The notes below the pieces were generated by a model. That model ran no database searches, was not told the origin of the DNA, and saw nothing but the letters and a program-made list of their open reading frames with translations. From the IMG/VR virus record IMGVR_UViG_3300010224_000023: a stretch of DNA of 43,135 nt, one strand, 5' to 3'. Below are positions 16,730 to 25,309 of the stretch, one piece after another. The position numbers were made by a program, and so were the translations under genes. Within the stretch, counting starts at the first letter, position 1. Each line of letters opens with the position of its first letter. The DNA is from a virus.

Positions 16730-18858
16730 TATTGCACCACCCCGAGATCGTTCTTCCCGTCCGTGTAGTGCATCTTGCCATCACTGCCGGGCGCGACGTG
16801 CGTAGCTCCGGCGGGCATCTGGAAGCTGTACTTCTGCTCTGATGTGCTCGGGCTTATTCCGAGCACGCGCAACGGATTCCACGCGCTACGTGGAGTGGAT
16901 AGGGTGTGCTGGATAAGTTCCTGCTTGATTGCCTCATCCACCTGTGCAGCCGTGGCCTTGCCGTGGTTCTGCGCCTTGATCTGGTCAATGTCGTTGTTGA
17001 TCTTGTAAGTAAGGTCGATCAGGAGTTGTTTATCGTCCGCCGTGATTCCCGCGTTTGAGGCGAAATACTTGATGCGCTCACCTACTGCCTGCGCTTCCAC
17101 CACATTGCTGTGATTCTGGGCAAACTGCTGGGCCTTACCCATCAGCGAGAGGTATGTGGCATTGGATAAATGAGGGCGAGCGGTTTCTACATTGGCGGTC
17201 GTGATGGCCTGCGGGTTCGCAATGAAGTCAGACACGATGTCCACTTCGCTCATATTTTTGAACGCCTGACCCTGGTTGTATCGCTTCAATATCTCTTCCG
17301 TCTGCGCATCTTTGAAGTGCTGCCGCTGCTCGGGCGTGAGCTGATTGAAGATAGACGGAGGAATCTTTCTCCACTGCATGCCGCCCGCGTAGAACGCATC
17401 TCCCGCCTGCTTGAATATCTGCGTAGCCTGCGCGTTTGCCATCTGCTGGTTGTGGCGCACGATCGATTCCATCTCGCTCGTCGCCTGCTGCTGCAGGTAC
17501 GGATCCTTTATCTGCGAACGCACACTGTCGAGCGCATTGCTCAAAACCTTCTCATCGGTAATCTTGGTGAGGTCTACCGGTGCGAGGCCAGCCTTCATCG
17601 GATCCACCGCATTACCGTTCTTATCGGTAAGCGACCAAACCACGGCGGGATTCTTGCTGTTCGCTACAGCGCCGCTTGTGGCGACATCCTCGCCGCCCTG
17701 CACCTTGTCGCCAGCCTTCACATTGGCCGCGCTCAGTCCGGTTAACGTCGTCACGGAGCCGTCCGCGTGCTGAATCTTCATCGTGAAACTGCCATCGGCT
17801 CCCTTGCCGGCCTGGGTTACCGTTCCATCTGCGGGCGCCTGAATACTTGACCCTTGCGGAATGGGCACGACAACCGCACCATTCTCCGGGTCGTACGTCT
17901 GCGCTCCTGGCACAGCTCCGCGGATCCCAAAGCGATAGTCGGGAGTCCCCGTAGAATTTGTGGGCTGTCCCTGACTCGCGCGGTACGCATCGCTGAGACT
18001 CTGGTTTACCGTGGAGCGTATGCCCTCCTGCTCGGTATAGGTCTTCACCATCTTCCCGAGGGAGGTAGTTGCCTGCATACTCAACCATCCCTTGTCTTTC
18101 ATGTTGTCGTAGAGCGACTGGACTTTCGAGTAGGGCGCACGCGCGTCCATCATCTGCACGACTGCGCCGGTTCCGATCTGCGTATGCAGCATCAGGAGTG
18201 CTTCTTTTGCGACATCACTCTCCGGCGGAGCGCCTTTTGTGATGTACGCCGCATGAAGTGTCTCCGCTTCGGCGGTGGCAAGGTGCTTTGCAAAATCCCC
18301 GGTCGGGTTTCCATCCGCATCTGTCTGGCCGTAGCTCGACCACGCATTGCTGGCGTTGGTGGCGTACGTGTTCGCCCGGGCCGCCGCCGCCTCTCCAGAG
18401 AATTGGCGCGTCTGCTGGACATTGTGCTGATCCATCTGCTGGCCGAAACTCAACAAGTGCTGGTTCATCACCTGCGTAAACATGTGCTTCTGGATGGGAT
18501 TACCAAGGCCGTCGAGTTGGTCCTGAAACGCCTTGACTACCGACTGCTTGGCATTCGACAATCCGTCGATGGCATTCTGCCCGAGGGTGTTTAGATAGCC
18601 ATTCTCCCCATAGAGAAGTCCCTGCACGCTCGATAGTGCGGTGGTTTCAGCCTGCTTCGTCCGAGCGTCGTCTACCTGTTCAGCTAAACGGTCACCAATG
18701 GTCTGACCGGTAACCATCGCCATGCCGCCCGCGCGCTGCATCGTCTGCCCCAGCGCTTCCTGCTGCTGAGGAGCGTAGTTGCGCACCGGCGCTACCTGTG
18801 GCGTAGCGAACGGAGCCGATCCTGTGGCGGTCTGGTCAATTACCGGAACTTTAGGCAT
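16729..18858 (-). CDS. Internal virion protein (709 aa) with degenerate LytM/M23-like domain
   Basis: The position is analogous to gp15. aa ~305-425 read IQAPADGTVTQAGKGADGSFTMKIQHADGSVTTLTGLSAANVKAGDKVQGGEDVATSG, which has an M23 fold pattern but lacks the HxxxD and HxH metal ligands. Confidence 0.65.
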   Translation of the reverse strand: MPKVPVIDQTATGSAPFATPQVAPVRNYAPQQQEALGQTMQRAGGMAMVTGQTIGDRLAEQVDDARTKQAETTALSSVQGLLYGENGYLNTLGQNAIDGLSNAKQSVVKAFQDQLDGLGNPIQKHMFTQVMNQHLLSFGQQMDQHNVQQTRQFSGEAAAARANTYATNASNAWSSYGQTDADGNPTGDFAKHLATAEAETLHAAYITKGAPPESDVAKEALLMLHTQIGTGAVVQMMDARAPYSKVQSLYDNMKDKGWLSMQATTSLGKMVKTYTEQEGIRSTVNQSLSDAYRASQGQPTNSTGTPDYRFGIRGAVPGAQTYDPENGAVVVPIPQGSSIQAPADGTVTQAGKGADGSFTMKIQHADGSVTTLTGLSAANVKAGDKVQGGEDVATSGAVANSKNPAVVWSLTDKNGNAVDPMKAGLAPVDLTKITDEKVLSNALDSVRSQIKDPYLQQQATSEMESIVRHNQQMANAQATQIFKQAGDAFYAGGMQWRKIPPSIFNQLTPEQRQHFKDAQTEEILKRYNQGQAFKNMSEVDIVSDFIANPQAITTANVETARPHLSNATYLSLMGKAQQFAQNHSNVVEAQAVGERIKYFASNAGITADDKQLLIDLTYKINNDIDQIKAQNHGKATAAQVDEAIKQELIQHTLSTPRSAWNPLRVLGISPSTSEQKYSFQMPAGATHVAPGSDGKMHYTDGKNDLGVVQ

Positions 18859-19581
18859 TTACTGTCCAACTCCAGAGGGCATGAAGGATGATGCGGTGGA
18901 TAGTTGCAGCCTGCGGCGCCAATCCCACTGCGATGCAATGGAGGTCGCGCTGCTCAAAAGGCTTGTGGTGGTGGCTGATACGGGGCTGATGGATGATGCC
19001 GAGGTTCGCATGTTCTGTGCCGACACGCTCGACAGCAGGGAAGCATTATTGTCATTCGTCGCCTGTGTGCGCTTGCTCCATGCCGCGCGTGTAGCGTTTG
19101 CGTTGATGGTGAGCACATCCATCTGCTTCACCAGATCGCGGGAAGCGCGTTCGGTAACGGCACTCCCAGAGGACAAGTCGACGCCACGCGCCGCGGTAGA
19201 CACCTCAGCCGATGCGTTCTCCTGTCCGGCGCGCATCGTGTACTGCTGCACCTGCGTCTTTCCCGCTTCTTCGATGGACTGAGCGGACATCTCCGCCTGA
19301 TGAGCGTTGATGGCATCCATGCCCGATTGGAACTGGAGCGCGCTGGCCTCTGACTGCAACTGGTACTGCTGCGTCTTCGCCGCGTAGAACGAACCAATGG
19401 CACTATTGATGCCGCCGAACACGGCGGTAAGCATGCCCATATTCTGCAACGTGGCCGCGCTGGTCGCCATCTTCGCACCGGGGCTGCCGGGCTTGTAACT
19501 AGACAAGTCGGCGGTCGTTTGGCCATTGACGCCAAAGAACTTCTCGAAATCTGTCCATGCATTAGTTAGGAATGTCGCCAT
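18859..19581 (-). CDS. Internal virion protein (240 aa), gp14-like position
   Basis: The protein is Ala/Ser/Gln-rich. It sits between the tail tubular B gene and the larger internal proteins. Confidence 0.55.
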   Translation of the reverse strand: MATFLTNAWTDFEKFFGVNGQTTADLSSYKPGSPGAKMATSAATLQNMGMLTAVFGGINSAIGSFYAAKTQQYQLQSEASALQFQSGMDAINAHQAEMSAQSIEEAGKTQVQQYTMRAGQENASAEVSTAARGVDLSSGSAVTERASRDLVKQMDVLTINANATRAAWSKRTQATNDNNASLLSSVSAQNMRTSASSISPVSATTTSLLSSATSIASQWDWRRRLQLSTASSFMPSGVGQ

Positions 19582-19584
19582 GCT

Positions 19585-21918
19585 TTAGCCACCAATCGCC
19601 ATTTCTGCCGTGATCGAGACGACGGTAAGAGGTAAAGGGTTGTTCTGCCGAAGGAATATCTGCCCTTCGTCATTCCATGATGGCGACAGCGTAATTTCCG
19701 CCTGACCGCTTTGGAGCGCCGGTGGTGTTCCGTATGCTTCCGCTGTGCGCTGCTTGTACTCCACCAGCGAATCTTCGTCGGGCCCAGCAAAGATGCCGCT
19801 CGACTGATACAGGCGAATCCAGACCTTATTCACGTTCATCTGTCGGCCTTGGCCGAATCCATCGACCTGAAGCGTGGGCGGTAGAGTTTGCAGGTCTGCC
19901 ACGTAAGGGATGCCAACCTGCACCTTGCTCGCGGGATGGTCTAATTCAATTACCCCGCCGGTGACGGTCTTCTGGTTCTGCACGGCACCGTCGGCTAGGA
20001 CGGCGACGGTCTTACCTTCCAACCAATTGAGGCCGCTGATGGTTGTGGCTGGTTCGCCTGAGTAGGTGGCGCCAGCATCCACAAAGAAACAGTCCTCAAG
20101 AGCACCCACAAGGCGGCTCGCCATGCGTTCTACGTAGCGCACGGTCTGGCCGTTCACCGTGCGACGGATGACAGCATACAGACGCTCCTCGTTGTCCTCT
20201 GCGACACACGTTATGCTCTCAAACGCGCCATCCGTATCGTGATGGTGCCATGCTCCAATCTGCTGCTCAGGAACATAGGTAAGGCCAAGCAGGCTCCCAT
20301 TGCTGGATACGAACCAGACGATAGGGAGAGGCGCTTTCGAGAACGCCTGATCCGCAATCGTAAGCAGGTCGAATAAATGTGCTGATCGAAGGGATAAGTC
20401 TCCGGTGATAAAGCTGTCGGCCTGCAAGTTGTAGCCCATTTCACGCACGTGACCACCTCGGGATGCGCAGTACACAAGCAGATTATTGACCACTGTGGGC
20501 TGCACGTTCGAGGCACCGATGTACGATTGCGGACGGATGCCGATGGATGATGGAGTAACTGGACCGTTGTTCGCCGTGTACTCCGCATATTCGCATGATC
20601 CGGTAAGCAGAATGAGTTGGTTGAGCGGAACGATGTGCTGGATGCGGCTTACTTCGCGGGCTGCGATTTTTACCTCAATGCGGTCTGAATCACGCGAGGG
20701 GAGGGAGTACGCAAACGTGCTCTCCGTGCCCGAGTTCGTCATCCACAACGTTTGTGGCTTGGAATCTGTCCCAGCGAAGCATCGGCGCTGCTCTATATAA
20801 CCGACGCCAGCCGGATAGTTGCCATCACCGGAGAACGGGTTCTCAAGATTGTCAGGCGTGATGCTGAAATCCTGCGCGATGTTGTTATCTGTGAAACTCG
20901 TTCCAACCGCTTCTCCGATGTATCCCCACAGTCCATTCTTTTGTTTGAAAATGTAGTACCGCGAGGCCCCCGTCACGGCGCCCCAGGTGATGGTGTTGTA
21001 ACTACCGGGGACGTTGAGATTGTTCAAGACCGTGACACTGGCGGAAAGAACGCTCTGCGAGGTGTTATCTCCAGCGATGGCGGCCACGGCGTAACTGTTA
21101 TTGATGTTGTAGATTTTGTCGCCGTACTGGATCGTGCCATAAGACGTGATACTGTCCCACCCCGTAGAGTCGAGCGAATAGCCGTCGTAGTCCATCACCT
21201 GCAACTGGTTCGGGATGAGGTTTCCGTCTCCATCGATAGGCACCTTATCTACGAGGTAGAACCCACTCAGGTCAGTGGGCGTACCGCCAATCACCACATT
21301 GAGACCGTTGATGTAGATGCCATCGCCGAGGGCAAGCGTATGGCTCGCCACGGTGGTAATCAAGGCGGGGCTGGCAGTGCTGATGCTGGCGATGCGCGCG
21401 AGGTATCCGGGGCTGGCTGTCGCGGTAACGCCCGCAGGCGCGTCAATCACCGCATCGAAGTTCACCGGCGTGATGGTCCAGTTGAGCGCGCCCAGCCTGC
21501 GAAGTTCCATGGGCGCGTAGCCGGGGTGTACCAGCGTCATCACATCCGCGCTCTGCACGTAATGGATCTGGAAGATGTCGGAGGCCAGATAAGGGCTGGC
21601 GATCTCATACGGCACACCGGGTGCCGATTCCAGCGTTGCTCCCTGCGTGTGAAAGCGGATGTACTGGTCGCCTAGTTCGATCACCATCGTCTGCGTGTTG
21701 CTGTAGACGAATGGGATAAGCCGAGCTACGCCATTGTTCTTCGTCGCGAGCACGTAGGCGAATCCAGCGCGGTTCTGCGCTGGTCCCTGCGGAGTGGTGA
21801 TGAAGTTCTTTAGGAGCGCGGCGCCGGACTGATACTTGGCGTCGTCAATGCGACCGAACATCTCCGCACTGATTTCGCCACCAGCAAAGGACCGCGTAAA
21901 AGATTTAGTGTTAGGCAC
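19585..21918 (-). CDS. Tail tubular protein B / nozzle (T7 gp12-like, 777 aa)
   Basis: Size and position fit. The N-terminus FTRSFAGGEISAEMFGRIDDAKYQSGAALLKNF..PQGPAQNRAGF is typical of podovirus tubular protein B. Confidence 0.75.
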   Translation of the reverse strand: MPNTKSFTRSFAGGEISAEMFGRIDDAKYQSGAALLKNFITTPQGPAQNRAGFAYVLATKNNGVARLIPFVYSNTQTMVIELGDQYIRFHTQGATLESAPGVPYEIASPYLASDIFQIHYVQSADVMTLVHPGYAPMELRRLGALNWTITPVNFDAVIDAPAGVTATASPGYLARIASISTASPALITTVASHTLALGDGIYINGLNVVIGGTPTDLSGFYLVDKVPIDGDGNLIPNQLQVMDYDGYSLDSTGWDSITSYGTIQYGDKIYNINNSYAVAAIAGDNTSQSVLSASVTVLNNLNVPGSYNTITWGAVTGASRYYIFKQKNGLWGYIGEAVGTSFTDNNIAQDFSITPDNLENPFSGDGNYPAGVGYIEQRRCFAGTDSKPQTLWMTNSGTESTFAYSLPSRDSDRIEVKIAAREVSRIQHIVPLNQLILLTGSCEYAEYTANNGPVTPSSIGIRPQSYIGASNVQPTVVNNLLVYCASRGGHVREMGYNLQADSFITGDLSLRSAHLFDLLTIADQAFSKAPLPIVWFVSSNGSLLGLTYVPEQQIGAWHHHDTDGAFESITCVAEDNEERLYAVIRRTVNGQTVRYVERMASRLVGALEDCFFVDAGATYSGEPATTISGLNWLEGKTVAVLADGAVQNQKTVTGGVIELDHPASKVQVGIPYVADLQTLPPTLQVDGFGQGRQMNVNKVWIRLYQSSGIFAGPDEDSLVEYKQRTAEAYGTPPALQSGQAEITLSPSWNDEGQIFLRQNNPLPLTVVSITAEMAIGG

Positions 21919-22579
21919 GCGCGGCTATCCCCGATGGAACCGGTTGATGATTGCCGTGTCTCTGATTAGCGTCCTGGCCCTTCGCCTCTTCGAAATCGAT
22001 GCGGAAGAAACCATCCTGCCGCTTGCTTTCAGCGGCTCCAGCATCGCCCTTGAGGATGGGACCGGCCAGCATGGATGCGAGACGCCGCGCCAGGGCGTTG
22101 GTGAATAGGGCGGGGAACATCCCCGGCTGCACGGTGGAGACGCAGTAACGTGCAATCGCGTCCTCTGCGTTGGAAAGAATCACCTGCTGACCGTTGAATA
22201 TCTCAATTTGGAAATCGCGGCCGCGCTCAATCTCAAACTCAAGTGGCCGCGTCCATCCCCAATAGTTTGCGATTGCCACACCGAAGTAATCGCGCGGGTA
22301 ATCGCACTTCGGAAGAACAGAGATCACATCCGTGCAATCGGACGGAAGCGCATAGGCGAAGCGCCATGCGTGGAAGTAGCAGTCCTGCACCAGCGCGAGA
22401 TACGCGCGTTTGGTAGTGAAGTTCCATTGGTGGGATTCGAGCAGAGTATTCAGCGCAATAGGGTAGAAGCGCGCGCAGTGTTGCGCCTGCGCTGACCCTT
22501 CCGGCGGATCAATACTCGCGACGGTCGCTGAGTCTCCCAGATACGACAGTGCGAGATTGCAAATATCGACAGCTACCAT
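21911..22579 (-). CDS. Tail tubular protein A / adaptor-gatekeeper (T7 gp11-like, 222 aa)
   Basis: The N-terminus ICNLALSYLGDSATVASIDPPEGSAQAQHCARFYPIALNTLLESHQWNF parallels T7 gp11 as remembered ([41 protein letters not shown]). Confidence 0.7.
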   Translation of the reverse strand: MVAVDICNLALSYLGDSATVASIDPPEGSAQAQHCARFYPIALNTLLESHQWNFTTKRAYLALVQDCYFHAWRFAYALPSDCTDVISVLPKCDYPRDYFGVAIANYWGWTRPLEFEIERGRDFQIEIFNGQQVILSNAEDAIARYCVSTVQPGMFPALFTNALARRLASMLAGPILKGDAGAAESKRQDGFFRIDFEEAKGQDANQRHGNHQPVPSGIAARA

Positions 22580-22601
22580 CTATCCACCCTTGCGCAAGGA
22601 A

Positions 22602-22629
22602 AAGGGCTGAGGTTTTATCCTCAGCCCTT
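22602..22629 (-). terminator. Strong hairpin after the capsid gene block
   Basis: AAGGGCTGAGG-ttt(t)a-CCTCAGCCCTT forms an 11-bp perfect stem immediately downstream of the stop of the small ORF 22642..22800, with T/A-rich flanks on both strands. Confidence 0.6.
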
Positions 22630-22641
22630 TGTGGTTACGGC

Positions 22642-22800
22642 CTACTTGCCCGACTTCTTAGGGGTAGGTTCGGCCTTCTCATTCTCGATGTACTCCAGGC
22701 TATTGTGCTGCGGCCCGTTGTAATCAAACACGCCATCGTCCGGCGTCTTGTACCCTGCATCACCGAGATAGCAGGGTACTTTTGCTTTCACTTGTGCCAT
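22642..22800 (-). CDS. Small protein (52 aa) downstream of the cement-like gene; not in the ORF track
   Basis: AGGAGAAACT precedes ATG 22800. It encodes MAQVKAKVPCYLGDAGYKTPDDGVFDYNGPQHNSLEYIENEKAEPTPKKSGK and is followed by the hairpin terminator. Confidence 0.5.
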   Translation of the reverse strand: MAQVKAKVPCYLGDAGYKTPDDGVFDYNGPQHNSLEYIENEKAEPTPKKSGK

Positions 22801-22809
22801 AGTTTCTCC

Positions 22810-23256
22810 TTACGCGACGGCCGGGATACCGGAGTTGCGCGGGATGTTGCGCTGGATGGTGTTGCTCACGTAGCCATCGAACTTGCCAGCCGTAAGAGCG
22901 GCGGTGCCGACGCGGTAGGCAATGCGCGAATACTGACGCATGCCCGGAGGCGGCTGCACCTGCAACAGCACTGTTCCTGCCGTCACATTGGCAACTGCCA
23001 CCGCAGGGCCAGCCACGACATCGGCAAAGGAAGAGTTGTCCGCAGAATCCTGCAAAACAGCCTGAACCGTTGCCGAGCCGCCGGAGGTCGCCGTGGTGTT
23101 GACGGTGACATTGACCCACAGGTTCTCACCTGTCTGTCCCATGTCGCCCTGACCATTGGATCCGCCGCTGTTGTAGACGTTGGTGCTCGCGGTGTCGCCG
23201 GTCGAAGTGACCGCCTGCGCCGCAGAGAAGATAACTTCGTTGTCAAGCATTCCCAT
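22810..23256 (-). CDS. Capsid decoration / cement-like protein (148 aa; BPP-1 Bbp16-like position)
   Basis: It lies directly after the major capsid gene. The protein is Thr/Ser/Gly/Val-rich and beta-rich. The family assignment is from memory only. Confidence 0.5.
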   Translation of the reverse strand: MGMLDNEVIFSAAQAVTSTGDTASTNVYNSGGSNGQGDMGQTGENLWVNVTVNTTATSGGSATVQAVLQDSADNSSFADVVAGPAVAVANVTAGTVLLQVQPPPGMRQYSRIAYRVGTAALTAGKFDGYVSNTIQRNIPRNSGIPAVA

Positions 23257-23280
23257 GTTCTTTACCTCTCTTTCCGGTCC

Positions 23281-24351
23281 TTAGACCACACGCGCTTCGG
23301 TTGCGAGGATGGAGTCCACCGTGAGCACGGGAACGCCTTGGAACTTCAACTGACCACCACGCAGGCCGGTACCGGTACCGCCGACGCTGCCCGGAGCCAC
23401 CGATCCGTACTGGTTCACTGCGCCTTCGAACGAGAGCGCGTTCTGCGACTTGTCCAGAGCACCGACCGAGAGCATTTCCTTCACGGTGCGGCTGGCGAGG
23501 AAGAACGGCGTACCCATGCCCATAGAGGGGATGCGGGCGAGTGCCTTGATCATCAGTTTGTTGATCCAGGTCGCCGCCGTGATGGCCTGCGTTCCCGTCT
23601 GAGAAGCGAGGTCGCTCACGTCGATGTTGGCAATGCGAACCGCATAGCGCCAATCCTTGACGTGCAGGCCGTACTTCCACACCCAGCGCTCCGCATACGC
23701 GCGATAGCGATTGTTGCTCGCATCGAACGCATCGATCACGCCGAGATCTTCCTGTTCAAGACCAGCCTTCGAACCCTTGGGGTAGATGCCCGTCACTGTC
23801 TCCGCGCCAGCCACGATCAGCCATACGGAAGTGTTGTCGGAACCGCTGCCGCCAGCGTCGAGAATGTTCGCGCTGCTCGGAATGGATGCCGAAAGCGAGT
23901 TGTACCGCGGCGTCAGGCCGAGGATGCCATCCTTGTTGGTGGTGGTGTCGCCGTAGATGAGCTGCTGCGCAAAGTTCTGATTCATCGCTTCGATAAACGC
24001 GATGGCTTCGCTCAGACGGAACGCAGCGACGTTGCCGTTGAGTTCAGCAAGGTCCTTGTCCACTTCGCTGCGGGCTTCCTGCATGGCGCACACGTCCTCT
24101 ACGGTCGCGCGACCACTCTTGGAAGGTGCTACGCCCTGATAGAAGCGGCGAAGCTGAACGGTCGGCAGAGCCGAGCGCACGGCAGCCTTGTGGCCGGTGG
24201 GCAGGTTGCCTTCCATAAACGGAAGAAACTGGATTACTTCGTTGGACTGGTTGAGGAGTTCCGCGACCTTGAATACGTTGCCGTTGGGGTCGAGAGTCTT
24301 CGCCCAATCAATCAGGGTGCTATGCCCTGCTACTGCGGGAAGAGTTGCCAT
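23281..24351 (-). CDS. Major capsid protein (HK97 fold, 356 aa)
   Basis: AAGGAG SD is present. The gene follows an acidic scaffold gene. Size fits, and the N-terminal pattern LIDWAKTLDPNG..EGNLPTGHKAAVRSALPTVQLRRFYQGV is typical of BPP-1/epsilon15-type capsid proteins. Confidence 0.8.
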   Translation of the reverse strand: MATLPAVAGHSTLIDWAKTLDPNGNVFKVAELLNQSNEVIQFLPFMEGNLPTGHKAAVRSALPTVQLRRFYQGVAPSKSGRATVEDVCAMQEARSEVDKDLAELNGNVAAFRLSEAIAFIEAMNQNFAQQLIYGDTTTNKDGILGLTPRYNSLSASIPSSANILDAGGSGSDNTSVWLIVAGAETVTGIYPKGSKAGLEQEDLGVIDAFDASNNRYRAYAERWVWKYGLHVKDWRYAVRIANIDVSDLASQTGTQAITAATWINKLMIKALARIPSMGMGTPFFLASRTVKEMLSVGALDKSQNALSFEGAVNQYGSVAPGSVGGTGTGLRGGQLKFQGVPVLTVDSILATEARVV

Positions 24352-24357
24352 TTGTTG

Positions 24358-25005
24358 TTACTCCTTCTTAGAAGTCGGGTACAGGATTTCGGCAGTGGTC
24401 TTCGTGTTCTGCGGACTCACAGAACCACGCACAAAACCGTCCTCACTGAGGCTCTGCCCGACCTTGACGAACAACCGGATAACTTCCGGGTTGTTACCGA
24501 GGCCGGTCGTGTTCAACAGCGTTTTCAACTCGGGGCTGGCGAATGAGTCCATGGCTTTTTTGGCCGTGGCAAGATTCTCCGGCAGCTTCTCGCCACCGAA
24601 TTCCTTGTCAGTCTTGGCGGCTTCAAGCCACCCATCCTGAACTGCCTTCACCTGGGACTGCTGACGTTCGGCCAAAGCCGGAGCCATCTTGTCCAGAAGT
24701 TTCTGCGCGGCGTCCTGCGTCAGGTTGGCTTCTTTAGCCGCTGCCGAAAAGGGTTCCAATACCGCAGAGTCGTACTCCTTACCTTCCGGTGCCGTAAACT
24801 CGTAAGTCTCTGGCGCACCTTCTGGCTTGGTTTCCTCTGCAGGCTTGGCCTCTTCGGCTGGCTTCTCGCCTTCCTTGGGCTGTTCGCTCTGCTGCTGTTG
24901 TTCCGTGGCAGCGGTTTCCGTGCTCGTTAGCAGGGTTTCCGTTGCCGCTTCTGACGCGGGTGAGCCTTCAGTTGGTGTGGTCGGCTGTTCCGTCGCTTCT
25001 GACAT
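24358..25005 (-). CDS. Scaffolding protein (215 aa)
   Basis: The protein is acidic, Glu/Ala/Lys/Thr-rich and low in complexity, and is predicted helical. It sits between the portal-associated gene and the capsid gene. Confidence 0.7.
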   Translation of the reverse strand: MSEATEQPTTPTEGSPASEAATETLLTSTETAATEQQQQSEQPKEGEKPAEEAKPAEETKPEGAPETYEFTAPEGKEYDSAVLEPFSAAAKEANLTQDAAQKLLDKMAPALAERQQSQVKAVQDGWLEAAKTDKEFGGEKLPENLATAKKAMDSFASPELKTLLNTTGLGNNPEVIRLFVKVGQSLSEDGFVRGSVSPQNTKTTAEILYPTSKKE

Positions 25006-25309
25006 GGGTGTTTTCCTTCACAAGGGTTGGGTAGAGGTCGGGGCAAAGCGTGTGGACCATGCTGAGAATCCTGTTCCCGTAGTTCCGCCCTCCCTCGTTG
25101 AACGCCATCTGCATGGAGTTCTGAGAGAACGAAATACGGAAGACTCCCGCCTGCTCCAATAACCGCCACACAATGCGGCGGCCACGCTTGCTCGACATCA
25201 ACCACTTGAAGTCCGCATCTTCGGTTTCTTGCACAGCGCGCGCGCGGGCCTGTTCTTCGGCCTTGTCACGCTCCTGCGCACGGATGTCTGTCGGGTCGTA
25301 CTGACTCAC
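24968..25309 (-). CDS. Small head-module protein (113 aa; Bbp19-like position)
   Basis: ATGA-type coupling to the portal stop. The segment FKWLMSSKRGRRIVWRLLEQAGVF...AFNEGGRNYGNRIL resembles the small proteins found between portal and scaffold in BPP-1-like phages (from memory). Confidence 0.5.
   Translation of the reverse strand: MSQYDPTDIRAQERDKAEEQARARAVQETEDADFKWLMSSKRGRRIVWRLLEQAGVFRISFSQNSMQMAFNEGGRNYGNRILSMVHTLCPDLYPTLVKENTHVRSDGTADHTN

Noticed and set aside
22549-24546. A 665-aa plus-strand ORF. Similar long ORFs lie antisense to other assigned genes: 377..1300(-), 4433..5293(+), 14144..14980(+), 17854..18594(+), 20752..21675(+), 27573..28460(+), 33122..34276(+).
   Set aside because: All lie antisense to genes with clear motifs, SD sequences and operon coupling. 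Their translations are Arg/Ala/Gly/His-rich with no motifs, which is typical of shadow ORFs in GC-rich DNA.
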